IMG/VR virus record: IMGVR_UViG_3300014208_000023
Location: 64,001 to 128,000 of that record
From: a virus
Taxonomy: Duplodnaviria; Caudoviricetes
Length of the DNA stretch: 64,000 nucleotides
Strand: one strand, 5' to 3'
In this document: positions 7,389 to 16,577 of the stretch, in pieces
Layout: every line of letters begins with the position of its first letter
Numbering within the stretch: position 1 is the stretch's first letter
Made by a program: the position numbers and the translations under genes
The notes under the pieces: model-generated
Database searches by the model: none
The model's input: only the letters and a program-made list of their open reading frames with translations
Told to the model about the DNA's origin: nothing

Positions 7389-7991
7389 ATGCCTGCCGAA
7401 ATTATAGAAATTCTCCATAAGGATATTTTGCCTATAAACCTACCTCCCATTTATGAGATGAGGGATGGTAATGGTAACGCGGCGGGCTTCGAAGGTCTTT
7501 TCTATCGCAGAGGGCTTACTCCAAGAGAGTATAAGTCATTGCCGGGCGAACAACTTGAAGTGCCACTAGTCAATTTAACCAGACCGGCCCATGGCTATGA
7601 GTCATATCTTCCAGAAGTTAAAGATGAAATTGAAACGTTTGTTAATGAATGTGTTTCAATTCTTCCCTATGCTCAATTGAGTATTAAGGAGGCCCTAACT
7701 AGCGCAGACGTTTTCTTTCAGGATAGGGGAACGTTCATAAAACATATCCTATATTCATCCGACCTTACGGAAGAGCTTTCTCCAGTTTTTAGTTATGTCC
7801 TTAAGTCCCAGTGCATAAAGCTTAAAGACAAGAAGCGAACATTGGTTATATTGCCGGAGCCCGTTTGTGCTGGCACCATAGCCATTAAGGAGGCCCTGGC
7901 TAGTTATGGTCCAACTTCTGAACCACTAGACAAAACTAGATTTGGAATGATGATATCCAGTGTGTATTGGTGCGTCAATGAAGTCCCCTAA
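7389..7991 (+). CDS. hypothetical protein, possible miniature major-capsid paralog
   Basis: LPINLPPIYE...GFEG...VPLVNL...VILPEP..G; related to 3694..4323. Confidence 0.6.
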   Translation: MPAEIIEILHKDILPINLPPIYEMRDGNGNAAGFEGLFYRRGLTPREYKSLPGEQLEVPLVNLTRPAHGYESYLPEVKDEIETFVNECVSILPYAQLSIKEALTSADVFFQDRGTFIKHILYSSDLTEELSPVFSYVLKSQCIKLKDKKRTLVILPEPVCAGTIAIKEALASYGPTSEPLDKTRFGMMISSVYWCVNEVP

Positions 7992-8037
7992 TTTTGCAGT
8001 TAAAGAGTTCGTTAAAGAAGTAGGCGCAATAAGGTAG

Positions 8038-8604
8038 TTATTTTTTAACTTTCTCAATATAAGAATGGACCTTACGAATCCAAACCTTAAACTCTCGTAA
8101 CGACATTTTACCCTTGGCCCAATTACAAGTTCGGCAGCAAGGAACAACATTTTTTTCGTTATGGGGCAGCGAATTGTCTTTTCTGTCTAGCCCATTATAT
8201 TTGAATGTTCCGTGTAGGATAGCAAAATCAGATACACCTTCTTTTTTGCACTTAAAAATATTAATTGAATTTGATGACTCTATTCCGCAGTAATGACATT
8301 CTTTTTGAGAAAGCTTAAGGAACTTATCAAATGATAAGTCGCCATCGCTATAGCCGCTTCTATAAATGAATTTGGCAGAGGCAAGCTTGGCGGTAGCTGG
8401 ATCGGAATGTGATTGAGAACAACCGCAAGATCTGCTTGGTCTATCATTTTTTGTGAGACGGTCCTTGGTAAAAATTCTCTTACTGCCACATTCACACTTA
8501 CATAGGTAGGCCAATCTTGCGCGCCCAGAAACTATAACACACTCTTCTTTTTTAAGAACAGTGAGCTTTCCAAATACTTTTCCAATAAAATCATCAACAG
8601 TCAT
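8038..8604 (-). CDS. HNH-type homing endonuclease-like protein
   Basis: GKVFGKLTV..CKCECG N-terminus; CHYCG...NGLDRKDN...NVVPCCRTCN. Confidence 0.75.
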   Translation of the reverse strand: MTVDDFIGKVFGKLTVLKKEECVIVSGRARLAYLCKCECGSKRIFTKDRLTKNDRPSRSCGCSQSHSDPATAKLASAKFIYRSGYSDGDLSFDKFLKLSQKECHYCGIESSNSINIFKCKKEGVSDFAILHGTFKYNGLDRKDNSLPHNEKNVVPCCRTCNWAKGKMSLREFKVWIRKVHSYIEKVKK

Positions 8605-8611
8605 TGATTCC

Positions 8612-8953
8612 TTAAATTAAAATCAGATACTTTTCGATTTGACCAGGCCTCTTGAAAAGTTTAATCATAGTGGATTCGTCGCATTCAAACTCCATTAGGT
8701 TATCGGCTGATGATTCTTGAAATATCACCATAGTTTGGTTCGAACATATAAATTGGCAGCAAATGTTTTTATCGCTTATTTGTTTATAGAGCCTTATATC
8801 CCTAACTTCCGTTTGGTCATCATACCTAATGGTGCATACTAGATCATAGCACTCAATGCAACCAATAGCATTGTTCAAAGGATACTCAATGCCAATTTTT
8901 GATTTGCAGCCTGGGCACTTCTTGAATGTTTTAAGAAACTTATCTACCGTCAT
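8612..8953 (-). CDS. hypothetical Zn-ribbon protein
   Basis: CPGC and CIEC pairs. Confidence 0.6.
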   Translation of the reverse strand: MTVDKFLKTFKKCPGCKSKIGIEYPLNNAIGCIECYDLVCTIRYDDQTEVRDIRLYKQISDKNICCQFICSNQTMVIFQESSADNLMEFECDESTMIKLFKRPGQIEKYLILI

Positions 8954-8990
8954 TGGTGTGGCTTGTTCCCGTGCAATCGCATATACCGGG

Positions 8991-9596
8991 CTACAGCTTT
9001 AAATACTTGGCATCGATTTTTTTATTTGGAGTGACGATAATAAGGTGTGGAACGTCAGAAGCATAGTGAGTTGTATGCGTAACGTCATATCCCTTCCAAA
9101 GCTCAGCTGGCTCCTTAAGCGTATAAGGCATAACCTCGCCTAATGACAGCTCTTTTTGTCTTTTATCAAACTCCTCGTCTGACATATTATCCTTGTAGAT
9201 AGCCAACTCTACTCCAATAAGTTTAGTCTTCGGCTCACCACTCATTAGCTTGGATAGGTTTATAGTTATCGGAATAAGATCTAGCTTATGGATATTGTGT
9301 TTTTTAGTTATCTTGGTCCAATCTGGCAAAGTAAAGAAGGCACTAATTCCTCCAACCAACCCTTTCATTTCTGGATCTTCTAATTTTTCTTCAACTTTTT
9401 TCTTGAAACTTTTGCCGTCATCTGGTCTTGCTAGATTTAAAGCCTTCTTGTCTTTGACCAATTCTTCTGCTGACAAAAGGCCCTTAGTCTTAATGGAATC
9501 TATTGCATTTTTAGGAACAAAAGTAAATAAGGTAATTTCGCTAGCTAGTATATGAAAAGATTGAGATAGTTTTATAAGGCGACTTATATTACTCAT
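8991..9596 (-). CDS. hypothetical protein with LxxL[AS]xxF leader, weak ADP-ribosyltransferase-like pattern
   Basis: TLFTFVPKNAIDSIKTKGLLS resembles the ART/KptA start; start could be 9611. Confidence 0.6.
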   Translation of the reverse strand: MSNISRLIKLSQSFHILASEITLFTFVPKNAIDSIKTKGLLSAEELVKDKKALNLARPDDGKSFKKKVEEKLEDPEMKGLVGGISAFFTLPDWTKITKKHNIHKLDLIPITINLSKLMSGEPKTKLIGVELAIYKDNMSDEEFDKRQKELSLGEVMPYTLKEPAELWKGYDVTHTTHYASDVPHLIIVTPNKKIDAKYLKL

Positions 9597-9664
9597 ATGT
9601 AAATGCGACAAAATCCTTGCGCCTATTATTTTTGCATAAATATGTGGTAATATCGCGATCGGAC

Positions 9665-11188
9665 ATGGAGTTTCTGTATTCTGTGGCGGCTAGTCTTTTT
9701 GAAGGAAAAGATATTCCCGAATGGATTTCGCAGCATCCAGCAATCAAAAACCGTAAAATTAAAAAAGTATTCCCTAGTATTGGTCTTCCCAATTTTAAAG
9801 AAAAAGTAGAATTGCAAGAAGAATCATTTGCACCAGATTACTATACCCCATTTGTTAATGGAGCAATTTCCGGAATAAAACATGAGTTATTAAGAACTAA
9901 CGATATCATATCGGATGCATTTGAAGCTTTTCGTTCGGCCTATCTTTCTGGTGTTACAGACGAAAATGATAGAAATGATATTATAGAAGAAATGAGTGGT
10001 CTCCAAAAAGAAGGCAATATTTTAATAAATATAAACAAATCGTTTAATGACAGTATAGGTGCAGAATGCATTGTTCCTATGCCTGATGGTAGGGTTAAAT
10101 TAATTTTATCCAAAACTTTAAGTGCTAATGGCAAAGATATTGTTAAAGAAGGAACTTCTATATTTAGGGCCTTTAATACTATTAAAGTTCTTGTTGATAA
10201 TTTTTTTAAAAAATGTGGAACTAATAATAAAATGATTGATTTAGATCAAAAAGAATCAATGAAAACGTTTCATAAATTAAATGTTCCGATCGGCAAGCAA
10301 GAAAATTATATATCTTTTTCTTCTAGCGGAGAAGAGGGCGCGTGGGATATTGCCACTATGAGTATGAGGGGGATATCATCTTGCCAATCTTGGGATTCTA
10401 GTGTTGGAAATGGAGAGCATCGTCCATGTATAATAGGAAGTATTGCTAGCAATTATGTAGGAATTATATATCTAACTTCCGGCAAAGATTTTGAAGGCAA
10501 GGGAAGCAAAATGATTCGCCGTTGTATAGTGAGGTTTGGAATAGATATGTCGAAACCTAAAAAAGAACGGCATCCAGTCATTATAGTAGATAAGATGTAT
10601 GATAGCTATCATCCAGTAATAGCTAAATTATTTTTAGAAGCAATTAAAAAAAGATCTGAAGTTCCAGTTTTAGATTTTACTAATAGTGAGGCTAGCACGG
10701 AAAATATTAAATTGCCTGAGCAATATTTGCCAAATATTATAAATCAAAATGAAAAAAATCAACAATTAGCTGGTAAGCCAGGATTTCCAAGCTATCAAGA
10801 CTCGGATTTTGAATATATAAAAAAGCAAAAAAATAATGACAATAAAGATCTTATAAAACAAAATAGAAAATCAGTGCAGGAGATAACTGATAAATTAGTT
10901 ACTTATTTTCACAGCTCGTTTAATTTGTTTGATAAAAGCACCGATACTAGAGAGATATCAGAAGTATTTAATCGCGCCCTCAGTGACTTAATTTTTAAAA
11001 TAACAACCAAAAATGATATTATGTCAAGGCCTTCTTCATTTGTAAAGAAGTATTTTCTTATAAAAGCAAAAAAACTACGATTGAATGGGGTAAGATATGA
11101 TTTTGATAACCATACCTTAAAAGTAATTGATAAGATCATGGGAGATTTTAGAAAATATGTGGGCACTCTATTTACAATAGATGACTGA
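9665..11188 (+). CDS. conserved phage protein with WDIATMSMRGISSCQSW motif
   Basis: Long intact ORF (track start 9617); function unknown. Confidence 0.7.
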   Translation: MEFLYSVAASLFEGKDIPEWISQHPAIKNRKIKKVFPSIGLPNFKEKVELQEESFAPDYYTPFVNGAISGIKHELLRTNDIISDAFEAFRSAYLSGVTDENDRNDIIEEMSGLQKEGNILININKSFNDSIGAECIVPMPDGRVKLILSKTLSANGKDIVKEGTSIFRAFNTIKVLVDNFFKKCGTNNKMIDLDQKESMKTFHKLNVPIGKQENYISFSSSGEEGAWDIATMSMRGISSCQSWDSSVGNGEHRPCIIGSIASNYVGIIYLTSGKDFEGKGSKMIRRCIVRFGIDMSKPKKERHPVIIVDKMYDSYHPVIAKLFLEAIKKRSEVPVLDFTNSEASTENIKLPEQYLPNIINQNEKNQQLAGKPGFPSYQDSDFEYIKKQKNNDNKDLIKQNRKSVQEITDKLVTYFHSSFNLFDKSTDTREISEVFNRALSDLIFKITTKNDIMSRPSSFVKKYFLIKAKKLRLNGVRYDFDNHTLKVIDKIMGDFRKYVGTLFTIDD

Positions 11189-11189
11189 T

Positions 11190-11771
11190 TTATGATACTA
11201 AAAGCTGTTTTTTGATTTTAAGAATGAGTCCTTTTATGTTCTTAAGCCCTAACTCTTTTAGTGGGCCCACGAACGGTAGTTGAAAGTGATTCTTACCATC
11301 AGGGGTATGAGCGAAAAGCTCTTCTTTTTTAAAACTATTCGATAAAATTAAGTGATCAGAACTATGCTTTAGTTCTGCCCGCTCTGATCGCACCTCTATT
11401 GGGCCCATAGTTTCAGAATCACGATCCATCGTTATGTGGGTCGAGTAATACTTAAAGTTTCCGCAATTTATACATGACGACTCTAACTGTATCGTGTCAT
11501 ATGTGTCTGGTGGAGTGGAGGATAGGTGCCGACGAAGAACATGATAAGGAGTAGATAAGATAAACGGCCGATTACTATTTATTATATTTGAGTAATTCAG
11601 CAGTAATTCTAGAGGCTCTTTTTCATCCTCATATACTGTAATGAGGAGGCCATCTTTTGTTTTATCGACGGTTGATGGTATTGATAAGTCAGTATCTATA
11701 ACTAGATTGCCATCGCATATCGGGCAGCAACTATAATGATTAACGAAATTGATAAGTGTTTTTTGTTTCAT
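11190..11771 (-). CDS. hypothetical protein with two CxxC pairs
   Basis: CPIC, CINC; has its own promoter. Confidence 0.65.
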   Translation of the reverse strand: MKQKTLINFVNHYSCCPICDGNLVIDTDLSIPSTVDKTKDGLLITVYEDEKEPLELLLNYSNIINSNRPFILSTPYHVLRRHLSSTPPDTYDTIQLESSCINCGNFKYYSTHITMDRDSETMGPIEVRSERAELKHSSDHLILSNSFKKEELFAHTPDGKNHFQLPFVGPLKELGLKNIKGLILKIKKQLLVS

Positions 11772-11774
11772 GGT

Positions 11775-11808
11775 AACGATAAGTTAGCCACTACTTATCG
11801 TTTGTCAA
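11775..11808 (-). promoter_or_regulatory. TTGACA-N16-TAACTT promoter overlapped by a 10-bp inverted repeat (operator-like)
   Basis: AACGATAAGT 11775-11784 / ACTTATCGTT 11793-11802. Confidence 0.6.
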
Positions 11809-11865
11809 GCCCAAAGATAGTTGTCGAGAAAGATGGTATAGAGAGTATATATTGATGGCTACTGA

Positions 11866-12330
11866 TTAGCGGCCTACAGTAAAGTTATCACTTTTTGGAT
11901 TCACGAATGTCGAAGTATCTCTTAATCCCTTGACATCTGCAATAGGTCTGGTTACTTTTTGTGCCGGCTGATTAACTGGCTGTTCTGAAGGTTTCTTTCC
12001 TTCGTATTTGGAGGCTTCATCTAAAATTCTTGAATAGAGAGCATCTGGGCTGGAATTTGGTCCTGGAAATTTAGTTTTAAATGCTTGTATCGCATCCTTC
12101 GTTTCCTTACCAAGAAGGCCATCAGCACCGTGTTTTGGAAGAGGAAATCCTAAACTCATAAGGGCAAATTGAACTGATTTTGGTATAGCTGCCGACACTG
12201 GAGCGGCAGGAGCTTTGGCAGGTATCGCCCCACCAAAAGGCCCTTTATCAGAAATGCCTCTAATCTGCTCTATAGACGGAACTTGGGAAGCCTTTTCAAA
12301 CGCAACAGCAAATTTATATAGACCCTTCAT
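11866..12330 (-). CDS. peptidoglycan-binding domain protein with LxxFAxxF leader
   Basis: VQFALMSLGF...ADGLLGKETKDAIQAF matches PG_binding_1. Confidence 0.7.
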   Translation of the reverse strand: MKGLYKFAVAFEKASQVPSIEQIRGISDKGPFGGAIPAKAPAAPVSAAIPKSVQFALMSLGFPLPKHGADGLLGKETKDAIQAFKTKFPGPNSSPDALYSRILDEASKYEGKKPSEQPVNQPAQKVTRPIADVKGLRDTSTFVNPKSDNFTVGR

Positions 12331-12385
12331 AAAATTATCCTTTTCAGATAAATATCTCATTATTACTACATAGAAAACTAATAAA

Positions 12386-13459
12386 ATGCACCAAAACAAT
12401 AAACATTCATTTGAGAGCTTCATAATACAATGCTGCAAAGCTAAAGAGTGGGACCTTCGACGCTTTTTAAAGAAAAGGCTTGTCAGCGAAGGATTTACAA
12501 TTCAGGAAGATAATTATCGTTCTGACCGCTGCGATTATCTTGGAAAATACAATAAGGTTCATAACTTATTGGCTATCCGTGGAAATCCTCGTGTATGTCT
12601 GGTCGCTCATACCGATGTTTGTAGAGATCACGGCTGGGCTGGTGCGCCACAACCACCAGACGTTTTCCCGGTACTCAAAAATTGGGGAACTCCAAAAGAG
12701 CCAAGAATGGTTATACAGGATAAGGAATGTAAGTTTCAGACAGGTGGAGATGACCGCCTAGGTGTGGCTATAAATATGTGGCTGGCTCTTAATACCGGAT
12801 ATGATGTCGCACTTCTATTTACCACTGATGAAGAGATTGGCCTTTGTTCTGCGAGTGAGGTTAGGTTTCCAGAGCTTAATGAGTTTGATCTTCTATGTCA
12901 GGTTGATAGGGGCAATAAAAGCAATCAGCTAGTAACCCGCATAGGTGGAACGCAGTTATGTTCGGCTACAACTGCAAAGAGACTATTGAAAATAGCAGAA
13001 GACATGGGAAGGCCACGAGATGAAGTGAGCGGCCTATGCACTGATGTTCAGGTAATAGTAAGAAATGGCATAGCTAAAGAGGCCGTTAATATGACTTGTG
13101 GATATCATAATTCCTTCGGAGATAGTGCCAAGGAATATATAGATGTTGAAGAGGCCAGAAGCACAATGAAGTTTGTTTCTAACATAATTCAATACTATGA
13201 CTTGCAACGAGACATGCAAGAGGAGCATGAGTATGAAGGAGAGGAAGAGACCGACGATGATGTTGAAATCATAGATGGCGAATTTGATATTGAAAATTAT
13301 ATCAAAGTTATTTCTCAAGCCCGGTCTGAAACAAGACCATCTTTTAAAGGCCTTCCAAAAGAGAAAAACTATAAAAGATTAAATCGCAATAAAAAAAGAA
13401 AATATATAGAGGCCATCTTTGATGAAGATCTTTATAATAAAGAGAGTAGAACAATATGA
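12386..13459 (+). CDS. M20/M28-like zinc peptidase with acidic tail
   Basis: AHTD, GGDDRLG, TTDEEIG, QVDR, GYH metal-ligand pattern. Confidence 0.75.
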   Translation: MHQNNKHSFESFIIQCCKAKEWDLRRFLKKRLVSEGFTIQEDNYRSDRCDYLGKYNKVHNLLAIRGNPRVCLVAHTDVCRDHGWAGAPQPPDVFPVLKNWGTPKEPRMVIQDKECKFQTGGDDRLGVAINMWLALNTGYDVALLFTTDEEIGLCSASEVRFPELNEFDLLCQVDRGNKSNQLVTRIGGTQLCSATTAKRLLKIAEDMGRPRDEVSGLCTDVQVIVRNGIAKEAVNMTCGYHNSFGDSAKEYIDVEEARSTMKFVSNIIQYYDLQRDMQEEHEYEGEEETDDDVEIIDGEFDIENYIKVISQARSETRPSFKGLPKEKNYKRLNRNKKRKYIEAIFDEDLYNKESRTI

Positions 13460-13791
13460 AATCAATAATATGTTCTAGCTGTAGAGGAGCTTTTACTGCC
13501 CATGAAAGCGATAAATGCAATATGTGTCGCCCAATTGATGCTTGTAGTGGGGGAGGATGTTGGGAAGGCTGTCCCCATTCTATTAGTGGAAAAGCGTGGA
13601 ATGAAGGATTCCGTGCCGCAATTAAAAAAGCGGCTTACATATGTGATGCTATGGTTATAGGCGGAAGAGCATGGACTGAGGGGCAGGCGATTGCTGCTGA
13701 TGCGCTATTTGCTGCTTCCAAAAATATTAGAACATTGGGCGAGGTTCAGAATCCTTTAGAAGAGCTTAAAAAAGAAAATAACTCAAGATGA
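13456..13791 (+). CDS. hypothetical Cys-rich protein
   Basis: Coupled ORF. Confidence 0.6.
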   Translation: MKSIICSSCRGAFTAHESDKCNMCRPIDACSGGGCWEGCPHSISGKAWNEGFRAAIKKAAYICDAMVIGGRAWTEGQAIAADALFAASKNIRTLGEVQNPLEELKKENNSR

Positions 13792-13982
13792 AAAAAGTAA
13801 ATATAATTTATGCTATTATTGGGTTTATGATCGCAGTCGTTCTTATGCCGCCAGTAGTATTTTCTATTCTCTATATTAATAGGGCTGGTTGTAGATGGAT
13901 TGAGACACCATTAGAATTGCCTGGGTGGTCAGTAATTGATCCAGATAAAGATAATCCTATTTGGTGTCCAGAAAATAGATAA
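13788..13982 (+). CDS. small membrane protein
   Basis: Hydrophobic N-terminal helix. Confidence 0.6.
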   Translation: MKKVNIIYAIIGFMIAVVLMPPVVFSILYINRAGCRWIETPLELPGWSVIDPDKDNPIWCPENR

Positions 13983-13983
13983 G

Positions 13984-14382
13984 CTAAATCATTAGTGATC
14001 GTAAATAAACGCGCTGTAATTGAAGACATTTACCTGGCGGACCATATTTGCTTTCTTCAACATACACTAGGCCATTACGATAACACAAAACAATATCAGC
14101 CTCACTTCTATTGGTAAAATCTAATAAGTTACGCAAAACAAGAATACGGCGATCGAGACCATGCTCTCTTTCAACGTAATATCCGTCCGAAATATATCCA
14201 TCACCCAAGTAGTCGTAACCATCCATATAACCATCTTGGTAGCCATCAATATGCTTGTCGAACACTTCGGCAGTCTGGACCTCGGTTATGTATAGCTGCT
14301 GCACCAACTGTGCCAGAACCCCAGAAGAGATATTGGAGTTGATAAAAATAACTGACGGTGGGTTAAGTAGATTGCTCACCAT
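13984..14382 (-). CDS. hypothetical protein with five DGY repeats
   Basis: Fills the intergenic gap; likely start MVSNLL. Confidence 0.6.
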   Translation of the reverse strand: MVSNLLNPPSVIFINSNISSGVLAQLVQQLYITEVQTAEVFDKHIDGYQDGYMDGYDYLGDGYISDGYYVEREHGLDRRILVLRNLLDFTNRSEADIVLCYRNGLVYVEESKYGPPGKCLQLQRVYLRSLMI

Positions 14383-14435
14383 GATATATGAAAATAGGAA
14401 GATACTAAAGAAAAACATAGGAAAGAAAGAACACA

Positions 14436-14960
14436 ATGAGAGAAGCTCCAGGATTTATTTTTGCACTACGAGAAGACCTTAAAGAAGATAAGCGGTTTTT
14501 GCCAGAGAGAGCAGAGCCGCTAGCAACCGGATATGATTGTAGAGCCGCCCAGCAAGATCGTAAAGATATAGTAGTTAGTCCGGGGGAGATGGTGAAAATA
14601 CCACTAGGATTTAGGGCATTTTGTCCTCCAGGTTGGTGGTATCTTCTTCACCCAAGATCAAGCTTCTTCGTTAAAAAGAACATGCATACTCTTACTGGAA
14701 TAATAGATGAGGCATTTCCACTAGAAACCTGTTTGGTCGCCCAGTATCTTCCTGACACTAAAGGCGTTACCCAAAACCTAGTGATTAAATTTGGAGATGC
14801 TATCGGGCAAATAATTCCAGTTAGACGTGAAGACATGTATCGCATAGAAGTATCCAATGAAGACATGGACAAACTATACGCCAATAGAGGAGCAATTAGA
14901 ACTGGTGGGATCGGTAGCACTGATAAGATGGGTTTCTATAAAACCGGCGGCAATAGATGA
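14436..14960 (+). CDS. dut: trimeric dUTPase
   Basis: GYD, PRSS, GIID, GQI and RTGGIGST motifs. Confidence 0.9.
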   Translation: MREAPGFIFALREDLKEDKRFLPERAEPLATGYDCRAAQQDRKDIVVSPGEMVKIPLGFRAFCPPGWWYLLHPRSSFFVKKNMHTLTGIIDEAFPLETCLVAQYLPDTKGVTQNLVIKFGDAIGQIIPVRREDMYRIEVSNEDMDKLYANRGAIRTGGIGSTDKMGFYKTGGNR

Positions 14961-15070
14961 TTGATTTATCTATATTAGCCATAATCATGTTAATTATGAT
15001 TCCGTCATTTCCAATTTTATTTATATTGGTAGCATGTTTGCTCCCAAAGAGGGAAAGCTTAAATGAGTGA
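14957..15070 (+). CDS. 37-aa membrane peptide
   Basis: MIDLSILAIIMLIMIPSF...; coupled to dut. Confidence 0.45.
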   Translation: MIDLSILAIIMLIMIPSFPILFILVACLLPKRESLNE

Positions 15071-15158
15071 TCTTGCAATTATTTTGATTTCGATACTTTC
15101 TACTATATGCGTTTTAGCGGTATTAGAAATTCTTTTTGTTTATAGGAAGCACAGATGA
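15063..15158 (+). CDS. 31-aa membrane peptide
   Basis: MSDLAIILISILSTICVLAVLEILFVYRKHR; coupled on both sides. Confidence 0.45.
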   Translation: MSDLAIILISILSTICVLAVLEILFVYRKHR

Positions 15159-15400
15159 AAGAAGAAGCCAAGAAAAATGTTACGCCCGTATTTGAAATGT
15201 ATGAGATTAAAGTAGAGGCTATGGTTCCCTGCTCTTTTGTATATAGAATACGCGCAGAAACTCCTGAAGATGCAATCAAGAAGCTTGATAAGCACCACCC
15301 AACTCAATTCGTTCCACACAACACAAGGAAGAAGATGACAAAGGCTACGGTATATAATTCTGGAACATTAACAATAAGAGCGACGAAGAATTTCAGGTAA
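15155..15400 (+). CDS. hypothetical protein
   Basis: AGGA SD; operon context. Confidence 0.6.
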   Translation: MKEEAKKNVTPVFEMYEIKVEAMVPCSFVYRIRAETPEDAIKKLDKHHPTQFVPHNTRKKMTKATVYNSGTLTIRATKNFR

Positions 15401-15405
15401 TTTTA

Positions 15406-15699
15406 ATGAATAAAGAATCAATAAATACAATTTTACCGTACCCAAAAAGTTGCGGAAGTTTTGGGTGTGAAGAATGCTATGGAACATCATCGGCCGAGTG
15501 CAAATCATTGCAGCGTAAACTTGCAAAATGGGCAAAGACTCAGTTAAGTATAGTCGGTACCTCTTCGGCTTCTTACGAAGAAACTTATGATATAAACGAG
15601 AATTGTCCGTATTGTCTTGATGCAACTGCCAAGACCCTATTTATTGATCTGCAGCAGGCGCGAAATCAGATAGTTGCATTGCTTAAAGAGATAAAATGA
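15406..15699 (+). CDS. hypothetical Cys-rich protein
   Basis: Operon context. Confidence 0.6.
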   Translation: MNKESINTILPYPKSCGSFGCEECYGTSSAECKSLQRKLAKWAKTQLSIVGTSSASYEETYDINENCPYCLDATAKTLFIDLQQARNQIVALLKEIK

Positions 15700-16283
15700 G
15701 CGAAATACAGTTCTATGTGGTGGATACTGAAACAAATGGGTTATCACTGTCATTTCACGAAGTATATCAAATATCGATCATCAGATGTTCTGATAAAATG
15801 CAATTTACTAGAAACATAAGGGTTGACAGGCCAGAAAACAGTTCTTATGATGCATTGAAGATAACGGGCAAGACAATGAATGACCTACGTAGCGGCGTAG
15901 AAAAACAGGAGCTTATGCGAGAGGTAGAATACTTCTTATCAGAAGACGGCGCTCCTTCTACTCATCGATGCATGATTGCTCATAATGCCGCTTTTGACAG
16001 AAAGTTTCTATGCGCCTTATGGGAAAAGTTTAATAAAAAATTGCCTTTCGATTTATATTTAGACACGATACATATGTTCAAGGCATATTGTAAGAAACAA
16101 GGGATTGTTAAAGCAAAATCAAATCTAACGGCCGCATGTGATTTAATAGGAATCCGTAAGATGGGCAGCGCTCACGATGCCAAGATAGATACTCAACATA
16201 CATTTCTTTTGTGGCAAGAACTAGCGCAAACAGAAGACTTTTTAGACCACGTTAAATGTTTGCCCCATAATCTTGAATTATAA
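15696..16283 (+). CDS. DEDDh 3'-5' exonuclease (DnaQ-like)
   Basis: VVDTETNG, AHNAAFD, HDAKID. Confidence 0.85.
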   Translation: MSEIQFYVVDTETNGLSLSFHEVYQISIIRCSDKMQFTRNIRVDRPENSSYDALKITGKTMNDLRSGVEKQELMREVEYFLSEDGAPSTHRCMIAHNAAFDRKFLCALWEKFNKKLPFDLYLDTIHMFKAYCKKQGIVKAKSNLTAACDLIGIRKMGSAHDAKIDTQHTFLLWQELAQTEDFLDHVKCLPHNLEL

Positions 16284-16563
16284 GATGAGACTATTTGAAA
16301 TCGAAGAGGCACACGATATAATCAAACATATCAACGGTATGCTGCTCATGTTTAGCGCAACACCTAAAACCAGCAAACTTCTTATAGAATACCTGCAATC
16401 CTTAATTCTTGAGCTTCAGGACCAAGACCTAATTGATGAGGCGCAAGACCAATCTGGAGAAGAAATCAATCTAGATGGCCAGGTTAATTTTCTAAAATCC
16501 TTATTAAAAACTTTAGAGGAGAGAGAACTTCCTAAAGTTATTGTGGATAAAAATAGTAACTGA
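16273..16563 (+). CDS. hypothetical protein
   Basis: Operon context. Confidence 0.6.
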   Translation: MNYKMRLFEIEEAHDIIKHINGMLLMFSATPKTSKLLIEYLQSLILELQDQDLIDEAQDQSGEEINLDGQVNFLKSLLKTLEERELPKVIVDKNSN

Positions 16564-16577
16564 AACGAATTATGTAA

